Shown piece by piece: positions 26,460 to 37,526 of a stretch of DNA of 64,000 bases. Position 1 is the stretch's first letter. Each line of letters begins with the position of its first letter. This DNA comes from Malacoraja senta. Lineage: Eukaryota. The stretch is taken from NCBI GenBank assembly GCA_038087875.1, contig CM075990.1:11038001-11102000 (forward strand), given 5' to 3'. Position numbers and translations under genes: made by a program. The notes under the pieces are model-generated. The model was not told the DNA's origin. It ran no database searches and worked only from the letters and a program-made list of their open reading frames with translations.

Positions 26460-28690
26460 AATTAAATCTGAAATAAGCAAAGAACATATTTCAATAATGG
26501 TGATGAAGTACATACAAAAAATCAGCGTTTTGCCTATTGTTTTGTTTATATGCTATACTGCTCTTTTATTTAATAGTTCAGTCCATATGCAACACAGCAA
26601 TATGAATCTGAATTGTACTCTGAAAGGGATTTTACAGCTTGGAACACCTGAATAATTTGTTGTAAAATGCTGCTCCAGTGGTTTCTTAAGAACATAAGAA
26701 GGAGGAACAGAGGATCCTATTCAGCCCCTCGAGTCCGTTCACTGTTCCGTGGGATTACGACTGACCTGACATTACTCAAGTCCTTGATTCTGCCCTTTCC
26801 CCATAACTCTTGATTCTCTAGCTAATTAAAAATGTATTTACTGTGCATTTCAAGCCTGTATGAACTTCACAAGGATAGCCAATCTTTCTTTGTTGCAACT
26901 CAAATGGAAATGGTGAGGCATCCTTATGGTGACTGAGTTCAGGGCTTCTGCTTTTGAGACATTACATATGGTTTATACCACTGGTAAGCATTGCTACATA
27001 TTTACATGTGCACATGTTGAATTGGTATAAGGATGGGTGGTACTGTGATGTCTGAACTGGAAATCCCAGAAAAACCCCCATGCAGGTCACGTGGAGAACA
27101 TACGAATTCTGTACAGACAGCACCCGTAGTCAGGATTGACTCTGGCGCTGTAAGGCAGCAACTCTACTGCTGCGCTGCTGTGCTACAACATAGCTGAGAA
27201 TAAAATACTTTGCTGCTGGTCTTGAGTCACAAGGGCCAGATTGAGTAAAGTGGCAGGTACCTTCCGTTGAGAACATAATTGAATCATTTGGGTTTTGGAG
27301 TCATCGTCTGACAGCAGAGAAACAGGCCTTTTGACATACTTTATCAATGCCGACCATCAAGTGCCCACCTATTTATCAGTACTTAGTTCATACCTTGATG
27401 ATATAAATGCTCGTCTAGAAGGTCCTTAAATGTTACAAGAATCTCTGACTCTACCAGCCCCTCAGGCAGTGTCTTTTAGATTTTAATCAACCACTGCTCT
27501 GAGGCCATGATTTTCAAACACTGTTTGACCAAAGGCATCTTATCGACAAACATGCAGCTTTACGTTCAGCACTAACAGCATTTAACTTTTTAAATTATAA
27601 AAAAATCATATTGTTAGTTGAACAATATATTTAAGCGAAATTGTTTGATGCAGGAAATCCCCCTCAGATCCAGTGCCATGTAATACCCATTGTGGTGAAA
27701 GAATGCCTTGACCAGTCCCAGGGAGCCGTTGGAGTAATATTGTTAGTGAAAATAAATCTCTCACGGAATAAGAGTAAGGACAAACAAACCACACCCCGTT
27801 GGGCAATCTATCTAATTCAGAACACCACTTAAGTTTAAATTGCCTTTCTAATTACTTTCCTAAATTGTGTTCTGCATTCTAAATTGTAATTTCCTGTCTT
27901 ATGTGTTCTACTTGTGCATGACGCTTAACTTTACGAAGCGAGACTACAGATGCCAGGAGATCTGTGAAGTCTGATCTTTGCTGTTAGTGCTATGCAGCCT
28001 CAGCAGATCCAGATGCCCTGTCCACATCGCTCTGACCTTCAAGGCTTTTCTGATAAAACTGCCCACATCTTCATCTGAAAGAACAACGAATATTCCCTTT
28101 ATTGAACACTCATAGAAATAGGTGCAGGAGGAGGCCATTTGGCCCTTCGAGTCTGCATCGCCATTCATTGTGATCATGGCTGATCATCCACAATCAGTAA
28201 CCCGTGCCTGCCCTCTCCCCATATCCCTTGATTCCGCACTCCTTGCAAGAGGCCCCCCGCCCCTTCTAATTATGGCGATAAATGCAATTTTATGGCCATT
28301 AAAATACACTTGCACCCCTTCACCTTTTTTCCCCACCTATCTTCTGAAGCCATTTTTCTTCAGTTCCTGTTGTTCATGTGACCTGATTCACTTAGCTCTC
28401 ACTTTCCCTGACCTTTTGATTTGATGTTGATTCTCATGCTGATGCCTGCCTTGGATTCTTAACATCATAAAATGCTCAGTCTATTCCAAAACTATCAATG
28501 TCAAATACAACCACCTACTCATAAAATACAAAAACCTTGAGGTTGAGAGTCGTTCTCGGGAAGATTTTTTTTCACGCATAGGGTGATTGCAACCTGGAAT
28601 CCACTTCAGATTAAGTGTCACAACCTGAAATGTCAACCATCCACTTCCCTGTCCATAGGTGCCGCCTGATCCACTGAGTTCCTCCAGCAG

Positions 28691-31511
28691 AATATGATAT
28701 AGTTGGGATCACGGAGACATGGCTCCAGGGTGACCAAGGCTGGGAGCTGAACATCCAGGGATATTCAATATTCAGGAGGGATAGACAGAAAGGAAAAGGA
28801 GGCGGGCTAGCGTTGCTGGTTAGAGAGGAGATTAACGCAATAGAAAGGAAGGACATTAGCTTGGAGGATGTGGAATCGATATGGGTAGAGCTGCGAAACA
28901 CTATGGGGCAGAAAACGCTAGTGGGAGTTGTGTATAGGCCACCTAACAGTAGTAGTGGAGTTGGGGATGGCATCAAACGGGAAATTAGAAATGCGTGCAA
29001 CAAAGGTAAAACAATTATAATGGGTGACTTCAATCTACATATACATTGGGAGAATCAAATTGGCAGGGGTGCTGAGGAAGAGGATTTCTTGGAATGTATG
29101 CGGGATAGTTTTCTAAACCAACATGTAGAGGAACCAACGAGAGAGCAGGCTATTCTAGACTGGGTATTGAGTAATGAGGAAGGGTTAGTTAGCAGTCTTG
29201 TTGTGCGTGGCCCCTTGGGCAAGAGTGACCATAATATGGTTGAGTTCTTCATTAGGATGGAGAGTGACATTGTTAATTCAGAAACAAGGGTCCTGAACTT
29301 AAAGAAAGGTGACTTTGAGGGTATGAGATGTGAATTGGCCAAGATAGACTGGCAAATTATTCTTAAAGGGTTGACGGTGGATATGCAATGGAAGGCATTT
29401 AAAAACTGCATGGATGAACTACAACAATTGTTCATCCCAGTTTGGCAAAAGAATAAATCGGGGAAGGTAGTGCATCCGTGGATAACCAGGGAAATCAGGG
29501 ATAGTATCAAAACAAAAGATGAAGCGTACAAATTAGCCAGAAAAAGCAGCCTACCAGAGGACTGGGAGAAATTCAGAGTCCAGCAGAGGAGGACAAAAGG
29601 CTTAATTAGGAAAGGGAAAATAGATTATGAAAGAAAACTGGCAGGGAACATAAAAACTGACTGCAAAAGTTTTTATAGATATGTGAAGAGGAAAAGATTA
29701 GTTAAAACAAATGTAGGTCCCTTGCAGTCAGAAACAGGCGAATTGATCATGGGGAACAAGGACATGGCAGACCAATTGAATAACTACTTTGGTTCTGTCT
29801 TCACTAAGGAAGACATAAATAATCTGCCGGAAATAACAAGGGACCGGGGGTTAAATGAGATGGAGGAACTGAGTGAAATCCAGGTTAGCTGGGAAGTGGT
29901 GTTAGGTAAATTGAATGGATTAAAGGCCGATAAATCCCCAGGGCCAGATAAGTTGCATCCCAGAGTACTTAAGGAAGTAGCTGCAGAAATAGTGGATGCA
30001 TTAGTGATAATTTTTCAAAACTCTTTAGATTCTGGAGTACGTCCTGAGGACTGGAGGGTAGCTAATGTAACCCTACTTTTTAAAAAGGGAGGGAGAGAGA
30101 AAACGGGGAATTACAGACCAGTTAGTCTAACATCGGTGGTGGGGAAAATTCTGGAGTCAGTTATTAAAGATGGGACAGCAGCGCATTTGGAAAGTGGTGA
30201 ATTCATTGGACAAAGTCAGCATGGATTTATGAAAGGTAAATCATGTCTGACGAATCTTATAGAATTTTTCGAGGATGTAACTAGTAGAGTGGATAAGGGA
30301 GAACCAGTGGATGTGTTATATCTGGACTTTCAGAGGCTTTCGACAAGGTCCCACATAAGAGATTAGTATGCAAACTTAAAGCACACGGTATTGGGGGTTC
30401 AGTATTGATGTGGATAGAGAACTGGCTGGCAGACAGGAAGCAAAGAGTAGGAGTAAACGGGTCCTTTTCAGAATGGCAGGCAGTGATTAGTGGGGTACCG
30501 CAAGGCTCAGTGCTGGGACCCCAGCTATTTACAATATATGTTAATGATCTGGATGAGGGAATTGAATGCAACATCTCCAAGTTTGCAGATGACACAAAGC
30601 TGGCGGGCAGTGTTAGCTGTGAGGAGGATGCTAGGAGGCTGCAAGGTGACTTGGATAGGTTGGGTGAGTGGGCAAATGCATGGCAGATGCAGTATAATGT
30701 GGATAAATGTGAGGTTATCCACTTTGGTGGCAAAAACAGGAAAGTAGACTATTATCTGAATGGTGGCCGATTAGGAAAAGGGGAGATGCAACGAGACCTG
30801 GGTGTCATGGTACACCAATCATTGAAAGTAGGCATGCAGGTGCAGCAGGCAGTGAAGAAAGCAAATGGTATGTTAGCATTCATAGCAAAAGGATTTGAGT
30901 ATAAGAGCAGGGAGGTTCTACTGCAGTTGTACAGGGTCTTGGTGAGACCACACCTGGAATATTGCGTACAGTTTTGGTCTCCTAATCTGAGGAAAGACAT
31001 TCTTGCCATAGAGGGAGTACAGAGAAGGTTCACCAGACTGATTCCTGGGATGGCAGGACTTTCATATGAAGAAAGACTGGATAGACTCGGCTTGTACACG
31101 CTAGAATTTAGAAGATTGAGGGGGGATCTTATAGAAACTTACAAAGTTCTTAAGGGGTTGGACAGGCTGGATGCAGGAAGATTATTCCCGATGTTGGGGA
31201 AGTCCAGAACTAGGGGTCACAGTTTAAGGATAAGAGGGAAGTCTTTTAGGACCGAGATGAGAAAATCATTTTTTACACAGAGAGTGGTGAATCTGTGGAA
31301 TTCTCTGCCACAGAAGGTTGTTGAGGCCAGTTCATTGGCTATATTTAGGAGTAAGATGTGGCCCTTGTGGCTAAAGGGATCAGGTGGTATGGAGAGAAGG
31401 CAGGGATGGGTTACTGAGTTGGATGATCAGCCATGATCATATCGAATGGCGGTGCAGGCTCGAAGGGCCGAATGGCCTACTCCTGCACCTATTTTCTATG
31501 TTTCTATGTTT
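28691..31511 (+). mobile_element. CR1-clade LINE, 5'-truncated, with most of ORF2 (endonuclease + RT)
   Basis: ORFs 28813..30366 and 30405..31436 (GDFN, SDH, KSPGPD, YRPVSLTS, GVPQGSVLGP, FADDTK) joined by a frameshift near 30335; ends in ttctatgt repeats. Confidence 0.95.
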
Positions 31512-31744
31512 GTTAAGGACAAGCAATTTGCAGAGGGCAGTGGATCTGTGCAATTCTCTCACGTGGAGGGTTGTGAAGGCTAGATCCTTGCGGTTATTTG
31601 AAGAGGAAGCAGGTAAACTTGAGAAAGATCATGGAATTAATGGCGCAATAGATTTGAAGCTGGGTGTGGAGTAGTCATGATCATATGAATGGCAGGGCAA
31701 GCTAAGGGGCCAACTAAGTGGCTCCTATTTTATTCTATTGTGTA

Positions 31745-32045
31745 AAAGAGCGGTGCAGTGCCACAGCGGTAGAACTGCTACCTCACAGCGCCAGAGTCCC
31801 GGGTTCGATCCTGACTGCGGCTATTGACTTTGTATGTTCTCCCTGTGACCGTGTGGGTTTTCTCTGGGTGCTTCGGTTTCCACCCACATTTCACAGACGG
31901 ACGACAGGTTTGTAGGTTAATTGGCTTCTGTAAATTGTAAGTTGTCCCTGGTGTGTAGGATAGTGCTTGTGTATGGGAGATCGCCGGTCTGCGCAGACTC
32001 TGTCGGCCGAAGGGCCTGTGTCCACGGGGTATCTCTAAAGTCTAA
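31745..32045 (+). mobile_element. tRNA-derived SINE (HE1/V-SINE-like)
   Basis: cagcggtagaactgctacctcacagcgccagagtcccgggttcgatcctgac head; V-like core; tatctctaaagtctaaa tail. Confidence 0.8.
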
Positions 32046-32133
32046 AAAGGAGGCTGGTGGTAATTGGAATATGTTTTTGGAAGTGTCTGGAGGTTTCAAC
32101 TTCAAAGTGACATGAATCTGCTTTTCCTCCCAG

Positions 32134-32232
32134 GCCATGAAAAGAGCCATTTCTCGGAACACCGTCATGCTGGTCTGCTCGGTGCCTCAGTTTCCACATG
32201 GAGTCATGGACCCAGTCGAGGAGATTGCCAAG
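32134..32232 (+). CDS. SGPL1: SGPL1 coding exon (about exon 10)
   Basis: cccag|GCC ATG AAA...GCC AAG|gtgttt; 99 bp; [33 protein letters not shown]. Confidence 0.95.
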
Positions 32233-32656
32233 GTGTTTCCCAATATCCACATTAACAACAGGGTGGTGGGTGCCTGAAATGTGCTGCTGGGGATGGTGGT
32301 GGAGGCAGATACGATAGTGGCATTCAAATGACGTTTAGATAGGCACGTGGGTATGTAGGGGATGGAGGGGTATGGATTATATGAAGGCAGAGACGAATTG
32401 GTTTTTATATCATGTCCAGCAAGGACACTGGGTCACAGTGTGCTGTACTATTCTATGTTCCATGTACTTTTGAAAAACTGAAATGTATAATGCAATGGGG
32501 ATTAATTGTCCAGCTCTTCCATCTAACTAACAGATATGTGGGGCTGAGAAACCATTGTGTGCTGGAGGCTTCTGCCTCTGCATTCATTGTTTAAATGCTG
32601 TTTTGGGATTCCACTAAATGCCTCCAGTTAATGAATTATTTCTCTTGCATCCTCAG

Positions 32657-32803
32657 CTGGCCCGGGATTATGAGATCCCTCTGCACGTGGATGCCTGCCT
32701 GGGGGGCTTTCTTATAGTCTTCATGGAGAAGGCTGGTTATTCACTGCCACCCTTCGATTTCCGTGTTAAGGGAGTGACGAGCATCTCGGCTGACACACAC
32801 AAG
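32657..32803 (+). CDS. SGPL1: SGPL1 coding exon (about exon 11), ending in the PLP-binding lysine
   Basis: ctcag|CTG GCC...CAC AAG|gtaggc; [49 protein letters not shown]. Confidence 0.97.
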
Positions 32804-33759
32804 GTAGGCGAGAGGTGGTGAATGGAGAACAAGATGGTTTATGCATAGACTGGAGAAGAACGGGCCAGATAATTTATTCCTTTGGAGTGTGTATGTATAT
32901 AGTTGTCCAAAATGTATGGACAATCTATGTCCATAAGTGTCCTCAAGAAGATGGCAGTAGCCTCCCTTTTTGGAATGGCTGTGGGCCTTCTGGTGAAGAT
33001 GCTTCCACACCATTGTTTGTTGGGCAGTTACAGACTTTAGACCAACGAAGAAACATGATCTCCTCCAAAGGCTGGACAACGTGTGGCTTAGAGAGGAACC
33101 TGCAGGTAGTGGTGCTCAAATAGCCCAATGTCTCATTAGATGATAGGTGTCTGGGTTTGGAGGTGCTGTCCATTAAGATTTGATGTGTTGCTACAACAGA
33201 TTTTGTAGAAGTTGCCCTCAATGGAAGGAGAGAGTGAGTGCTTATAATGAAGGATGGGGAGGCTTTTGTGAACTAAGGAATTGTTTTTTTTTAGATAAAT
33301 GGAACAAATCTGAACAGAATTGGTGGCTAAGTGTTGGGATTATAAGAGGGCTTCCTAAAACAAAATGATTAACCTTCCAGGAATAAGTAACAGTATGCAT
33401 TAAACCACTGGATTGTTTTTGAAATCCATCCCGTTCACTAGAATCCTTTCAGGCAAGGAACTCTGCCATCTTTCCTCATCTGACTCCAGAACTACATTGG
33501 CATCATTGAGTCCTGACTGACCTCTAACATGACTCAACAAACTGGTCAGTTTGAGAATAAATAGCAATAGGCAATAAAGCCTTCCTTGCCAGTGCCACCA
33601 TGGTGCATGAATGGGTAGATCAGCAATACGGCAGGAATAAATTAAATCTTTTAGCCCTTCGCAAACTTATTAATTGATCAGTTTTGCACAGAAGTTCCAC
33701 CTCTGTGTTCTACATGAATCTCAGTTTTTACATGTTTTCTTTCCCCTCCTCCTCCCCAG

Positions 33760-33998
33760 TACGGATATGCCCCCAAAGGTTCATCAGTTGTACTATACAG
33801 CGACAAGAAATATCGACACTACCAGTTCTTTGTCGCCCCAGACTGGCAGGGAGGTATCTATGCATCACCCACGATCGCAGGGTCGAGACCAGGAGGGATC
33901 ATTGCTGCTTGCTGGGCAACGATGATGTACAAGGGCGAAGATGGTTACGTTAAGGCTACAAAGAAGATAATTGAGACGGCACGACACATTATAGCTCA
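33760..33998 (+). CDS. SGPL1: SGPL1 coding exon (about exon 12)
   Basis: cccag|TAC GGA TAT...GCT CA|gtatgt; 239 bp; [56 protein letters not shown]... Confidence 0.97.
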
Positions 33999-34645
33999 GT
34001 ATGTATATATCTGAAGATCTCTATGTTTGGATAATGATAAGTAGAACTCAATATCTAATCTTTTTTGGGTGGTCATTCAAGTTTTGCAGGTTTTGAGATG
34101 GCCGGCTTCAATTCTGACCTTGGGTAATATCTGTATGGAATGAAGCCATAGACTGGCTTCAATTCTGACCTTGGGTAATAACTGTATGGAATTTGCATGT
34201 TTTTCCTTTGACTGTATGAATCGCCTCTGAATGCTCCAGTTTTTTTCCACGCCCCCAAATGCGTGGGTTTCTAAGTTATTTGGCTGCTGTAAATTGCCAA
34301 AAGTGTGTAGGTGAATGATAGAATCTGGGGTGGGTTGATGAGAATGTAGGGAGAATAAAAAGTGGAATTGATGTATGATTGCTCGCAAGTTAGAGGAGCA
34401 AAATTAAGCCATTCAGCCCATCATGGCTACTGCCACTCAATCATAGCTGATCAATCTTTCCTTCTCAACCCTCTCATTGATTGCTAATTTGGTGGGTTGA
34501 AGGGCCTGTTTCCCTGCTGTATCCCTGTATTTTATCTCTTATTTATTATATATTCTATCAGTATCTCTGACTAGTTCAGATACAGATGTAGCAGGAGATG
34601 CTGTTAAGGGTCATGCCATTTATTGTATATTTACCCATTACTTTC

Positions 34646-34806
34646 TGTAGTGTATTTGGGTGCTTGGAACTGACTCAAAAGAACTCTCAGATACAGGAGT
34701 AAACAGACAAGCTTCTTTATTCTAGGACGCCACCTTGAGTTTCCCCCAGCGCATGCGTCCCCTTGCACAAGACATAACATATGCTAATTATATTACATAC
34801 ATCACA
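34646..34806 (-). repeat. 3' LTR
   Basis: tgtagtgtatt...catacatcaca; 3 mismatches to the other LTR; AATAAA on the minus strand at 34716..34721. Confidence 0.95.
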
Positions 34807-34821
34807 CTGCTCCCCCTTTAA
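34807..34821 (-). promoter_or_regulatory. Polypurine tract of the LTR element
   Basis: Minus strand ttaaagggggagcag directly abuts the 3' LTR; a second copy lies 55 bp further inside. Confidence 0.85.
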
Positions 34822-35068
34822 CTTGGAGGCAGGTAACACCATTTACATTATATACATTACACTGCTCCCCCTTTAGCTTGGAGGCGAATAACACCATTTC
34901 TATTACATTAAATATAATTGATTAACACACTGTTGCAAAATTATATTATTACAGTCATCTTACATTACATCCTCATAACTGTAATAATCGTATCTAAACT
35001 TAGCACTTATAATGGTTCATTCCACTCATCTTCCTTAAACCAAATACATTACCCCTTGCTTTTTGTGT

Positions 35069-35578
35069 TATCCTTTTCCGTTCCCTTCTGTGTAAATTGC
35101 ACACTCTTTCTAATCACTCTAGCTCTACCTGTATCTCTGCCTCTTCCCTTTTTAAATATCCTAATCTAATTCGCAGATTTCTTCCTGTTCTTGATATTCT
35201 GCTAAAGTTAACATTTCCTCTGTTTCTGTTCCTTATTTGTAGGTGGGATCTGACACATGACTGCAGGTTTTTGTTTTTCAGCAGCTTCCTCTGTCGCTCA
35301 ATTTCCTGGCGCTGCGTACTTATCTGCTCTTGTTGTATAATAACATTCTGCAATGCATAACCATTTGTCCATTGCTCAGTGAAGGAAGCTCCATGCTGGA
35401 CTATAGTGAAGTGTCCTAATCGCAATCGATCCTGCATACTTTTATCTCGACCGACAAGCCTCTCTTCTTTAGACTTTTCTATTAACAGCTTTTTGCTCAT
35501 CGTCACACATTTATTTAACCGTTCTTTGTATCGCTTAAGCCTTTTCTGTTGTTCATCTATTTGTCGTCTTAAATCACC
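35069..35578 (-). pseudogene. TLK2: Captured intronless fragment of Tousled-like kinase (TLK2-like) coiled-coil region; kinase domain absent; decayed
   Basis: [73 protein letters not shown]; then, across frameshifts, [58 protein letters not shown] and GYA favour TLK2 over TLK1. Confidence 0.88.
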
Positions 35579-36595
35579 TTTCTGGTTATTCATCAAGAAG
35601 TAGGATCTATATTGTCTTTGCAATACAACAGTTGCTTTGATTTGCGCTCTGTATATTTTTCTTACTACATAAGCACGGTAGTGAGACTGCACTACAACTG
35701 CTGTATAAATCAGTTTGAGGAAGTCTTTCCTATATCGTTTAAGCCTTTTGTATCGTTTAAGCCATTTCTGTTGTGCATCTATTGTATTACCGTAGCCCTC
35801 TTTTGCTTAACCCACTGCCTAACCACCATACTCTTGTAGGCAGCCTGAATGGTAATGGTTGCGTACCTCATTGACTGATATTGCACAAACTGGGAATGCC
35901 CTATTTTGCATGCTTTGTACCATCTCTGGATCGAAATGACTGCTTGTCGAATAGCTCTGTACCGTATCCTTAATCGGTAACCACGGTATGCAGCTTGCAG
36001 AGTGACTACAGCCGCCTTTTGCATCAAGAAATGCTTTCTTGTAATGCACATCCTTATGAATGACTTAATATGGCGTGCTGCCTTGATTTTCTCAACCAAT
36101 TCTCTGGCTTTAATCCTGCGGTAGAAGGCCTGAATACACACCACTGCTTTTCTCAAACTATTATACTGTCTCACTTGGACATCTCTTATCTGGCATGCTC
36201 TGCATCGTTGCTGTACCGCAATGGCAGACCAGCATAGTTTCTTGAAATACTGGCGCTGTTCATGCATCTGATAATAAGTCTGTATGACCTTGGCAGACTT
36301 GTGCATGCACCGCAATTGCTTTTGAACAACCATTCCTCGGTAGGCAGCCTGAAGCAGTACAACGCTTCTGCGTACCTTCATGTACGTTTTGCGATCACTT
36401 TCCATTTGAAGGTGTGCCCTATAATGGGTTTGTACTATTATAGCTGCTAATTTCATTGCCTTGTATTGACGGTATACTCTGTGCCTTCTAAATGCTGCTT
36501 GTATTTCCGTTGCTGCCTTCTGTTTGTTCCGGATCTCTCTCCGAACCTTCATACCACTGAATGCAGCTTGAATAGCTAGGGTTGCCCTTTGGATG
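35579..36595 (-). pseudogene. ASPM: Captured ASPM IQ-repeat (calmodulin-binding) fragment
   Basis: About 13 tandem IQ-like motifs (IQAAFRR, VQTHYRA, LQAAYRG, IQAFYRR, IQRWYKA, VQSHYRA...) with ASPM-like spacing; IQRWYKACKIGHSQFVQYQSMRYATITIQ resembles the distal IQ region of vertebrate ASPM. Confidence 0.82.
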
Positions 36596-36618
36596 GCAAT
36601 TTCCCTTTGCCTTTGACT

Positions 36619-36744
36619 TCTGTCACTTTGCATTTGCCCTTTGTCCCTTTGCACTTGACCTGTGTCCTTTTGCACTTGACCTGTGTCCTTTTGCACTTGA
36701 CCTTGGTCCCTTTGCACTTGACCTGTGTCCCTTTGCACTTGACC
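36619..36744 (-). repeat. 21-bp coding tandem repeat, 6 copies (GQVQ[KR]D[TQK])
   Basis: Plus-strand unit tgtgtccttttgcacttgacc; in frame with ORF 35779..36906. Confidence 0.9.
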
Positions 36745-37207
36745 TTTCTTTTCTTTTTGCTTGGTGCCGTTCCACTTTGTTTCCAAACACAACCTCTTCT
36801 TTTTAACTTGTTTTTTTTTCTCTTGACAGCCCTTCTTCTTTGTTCTTTTCTGTTCTTTTATCCTCGTTGCCTCGTTATCCTTGTGTGTTCTGGTGTAGCA
36901 ATTCACCTAAAACTTAGCTGTACAAAGATTATTCAGCTTGAGGAATTCGACAAAAAAAACTCAGTCTAAAATGTGTAACATTCCGAAGGACGACATCTTG
37001 CCACGTAGACACAACATAGAGATAGCCTTACAAAACTCGCCGACTTGTACAGCTGGTGTTTTAAACTACAGTCCCCGTCATAGAGGGATCTGCAGGCCTC
37101 TCATGTCCAGCTCGCAAACAACTGCGACACAACTCCGTATCTACTGTTTAAACTGTTAAACAATCCTGCTTGTTGCAAAACAGTCCTGCGGGTGAGTATC
37201 GCGAACT

Positions 37208-37225
37208 ATCCCATCCTCGTCACCA
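37208..37225 (-). promoter_or_regulatory. Primer-binding site complementary to the tRNA-Ser(GCU) 3' end
   Basis: Minus strand TGGTGACGAGGATGGGAT, 2 bp from the 5' LTR; plus strand ATCCCATCCTCGTCACCA vs recalled tRNA-Ser-GCT end ATCCCATCCTCGTCGCCA (17/18). Confidence 0.85.
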
Positions 37226-37227
37226 AT

Positions 37228-37388
37228 TGTAGTGTATTTGGGTGCTTGGAACTGACTCTAAAGAACTCTCAGATACAGGAGTAAACAGACAAGCTTCTTT
37301 ATTCTAGGACGCCACCTTGAGTCTCGCCCAGCGCATGCGTCCCCTTGCACAAGACATAACATATGCTAATTATATTACATACATCACA
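37228..37388 (-). repeat. 5' LTR
   Basis: 161 bp, 158/161 identical to 34646..34806, adjacent to the PBS. Confidence 0.95.
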
Positions 37389-37526
37389 CTTTCTACCTCC
37401 CAAAGTGAACACCTTGCACTCGGATTAAGCTTCATCTGCCATTTCACTGCTGATCTATCCTGTTGTTACTTTTACAGCCTTCCTCACTATTCACAACCCC
37501 AGCAATCTTGGTGTCAACTGCAAACG

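Larger units (their letters stand above)
34646..37388 (-). mobile_element. Non-autonomous LTR retroelement carrying captured ASPM and TLK2 fragments
   Basis: Two 161-bp direct LTRs with TG..CA ends; TSD ctttc at 34641..34645 and 37389..37393; PBS and PPT orient it on the minus strand; no recognisable gag/pol. Confidence 0.95.

Noticed and set aside
32233..32238. Weak donor gtgttt as evidence of a broken exon
   Set aside because: GT is intact, the exon is 99 bp and the phase joins the next exon correctly
35069..36906. Genuine ASPM or TLK2 gene nested in the SGPL1 intron
   Set aside because: Only internal fragments, intronless, fused to each other, with frameshifts and a stop, and bounded by LTRs with a TSD
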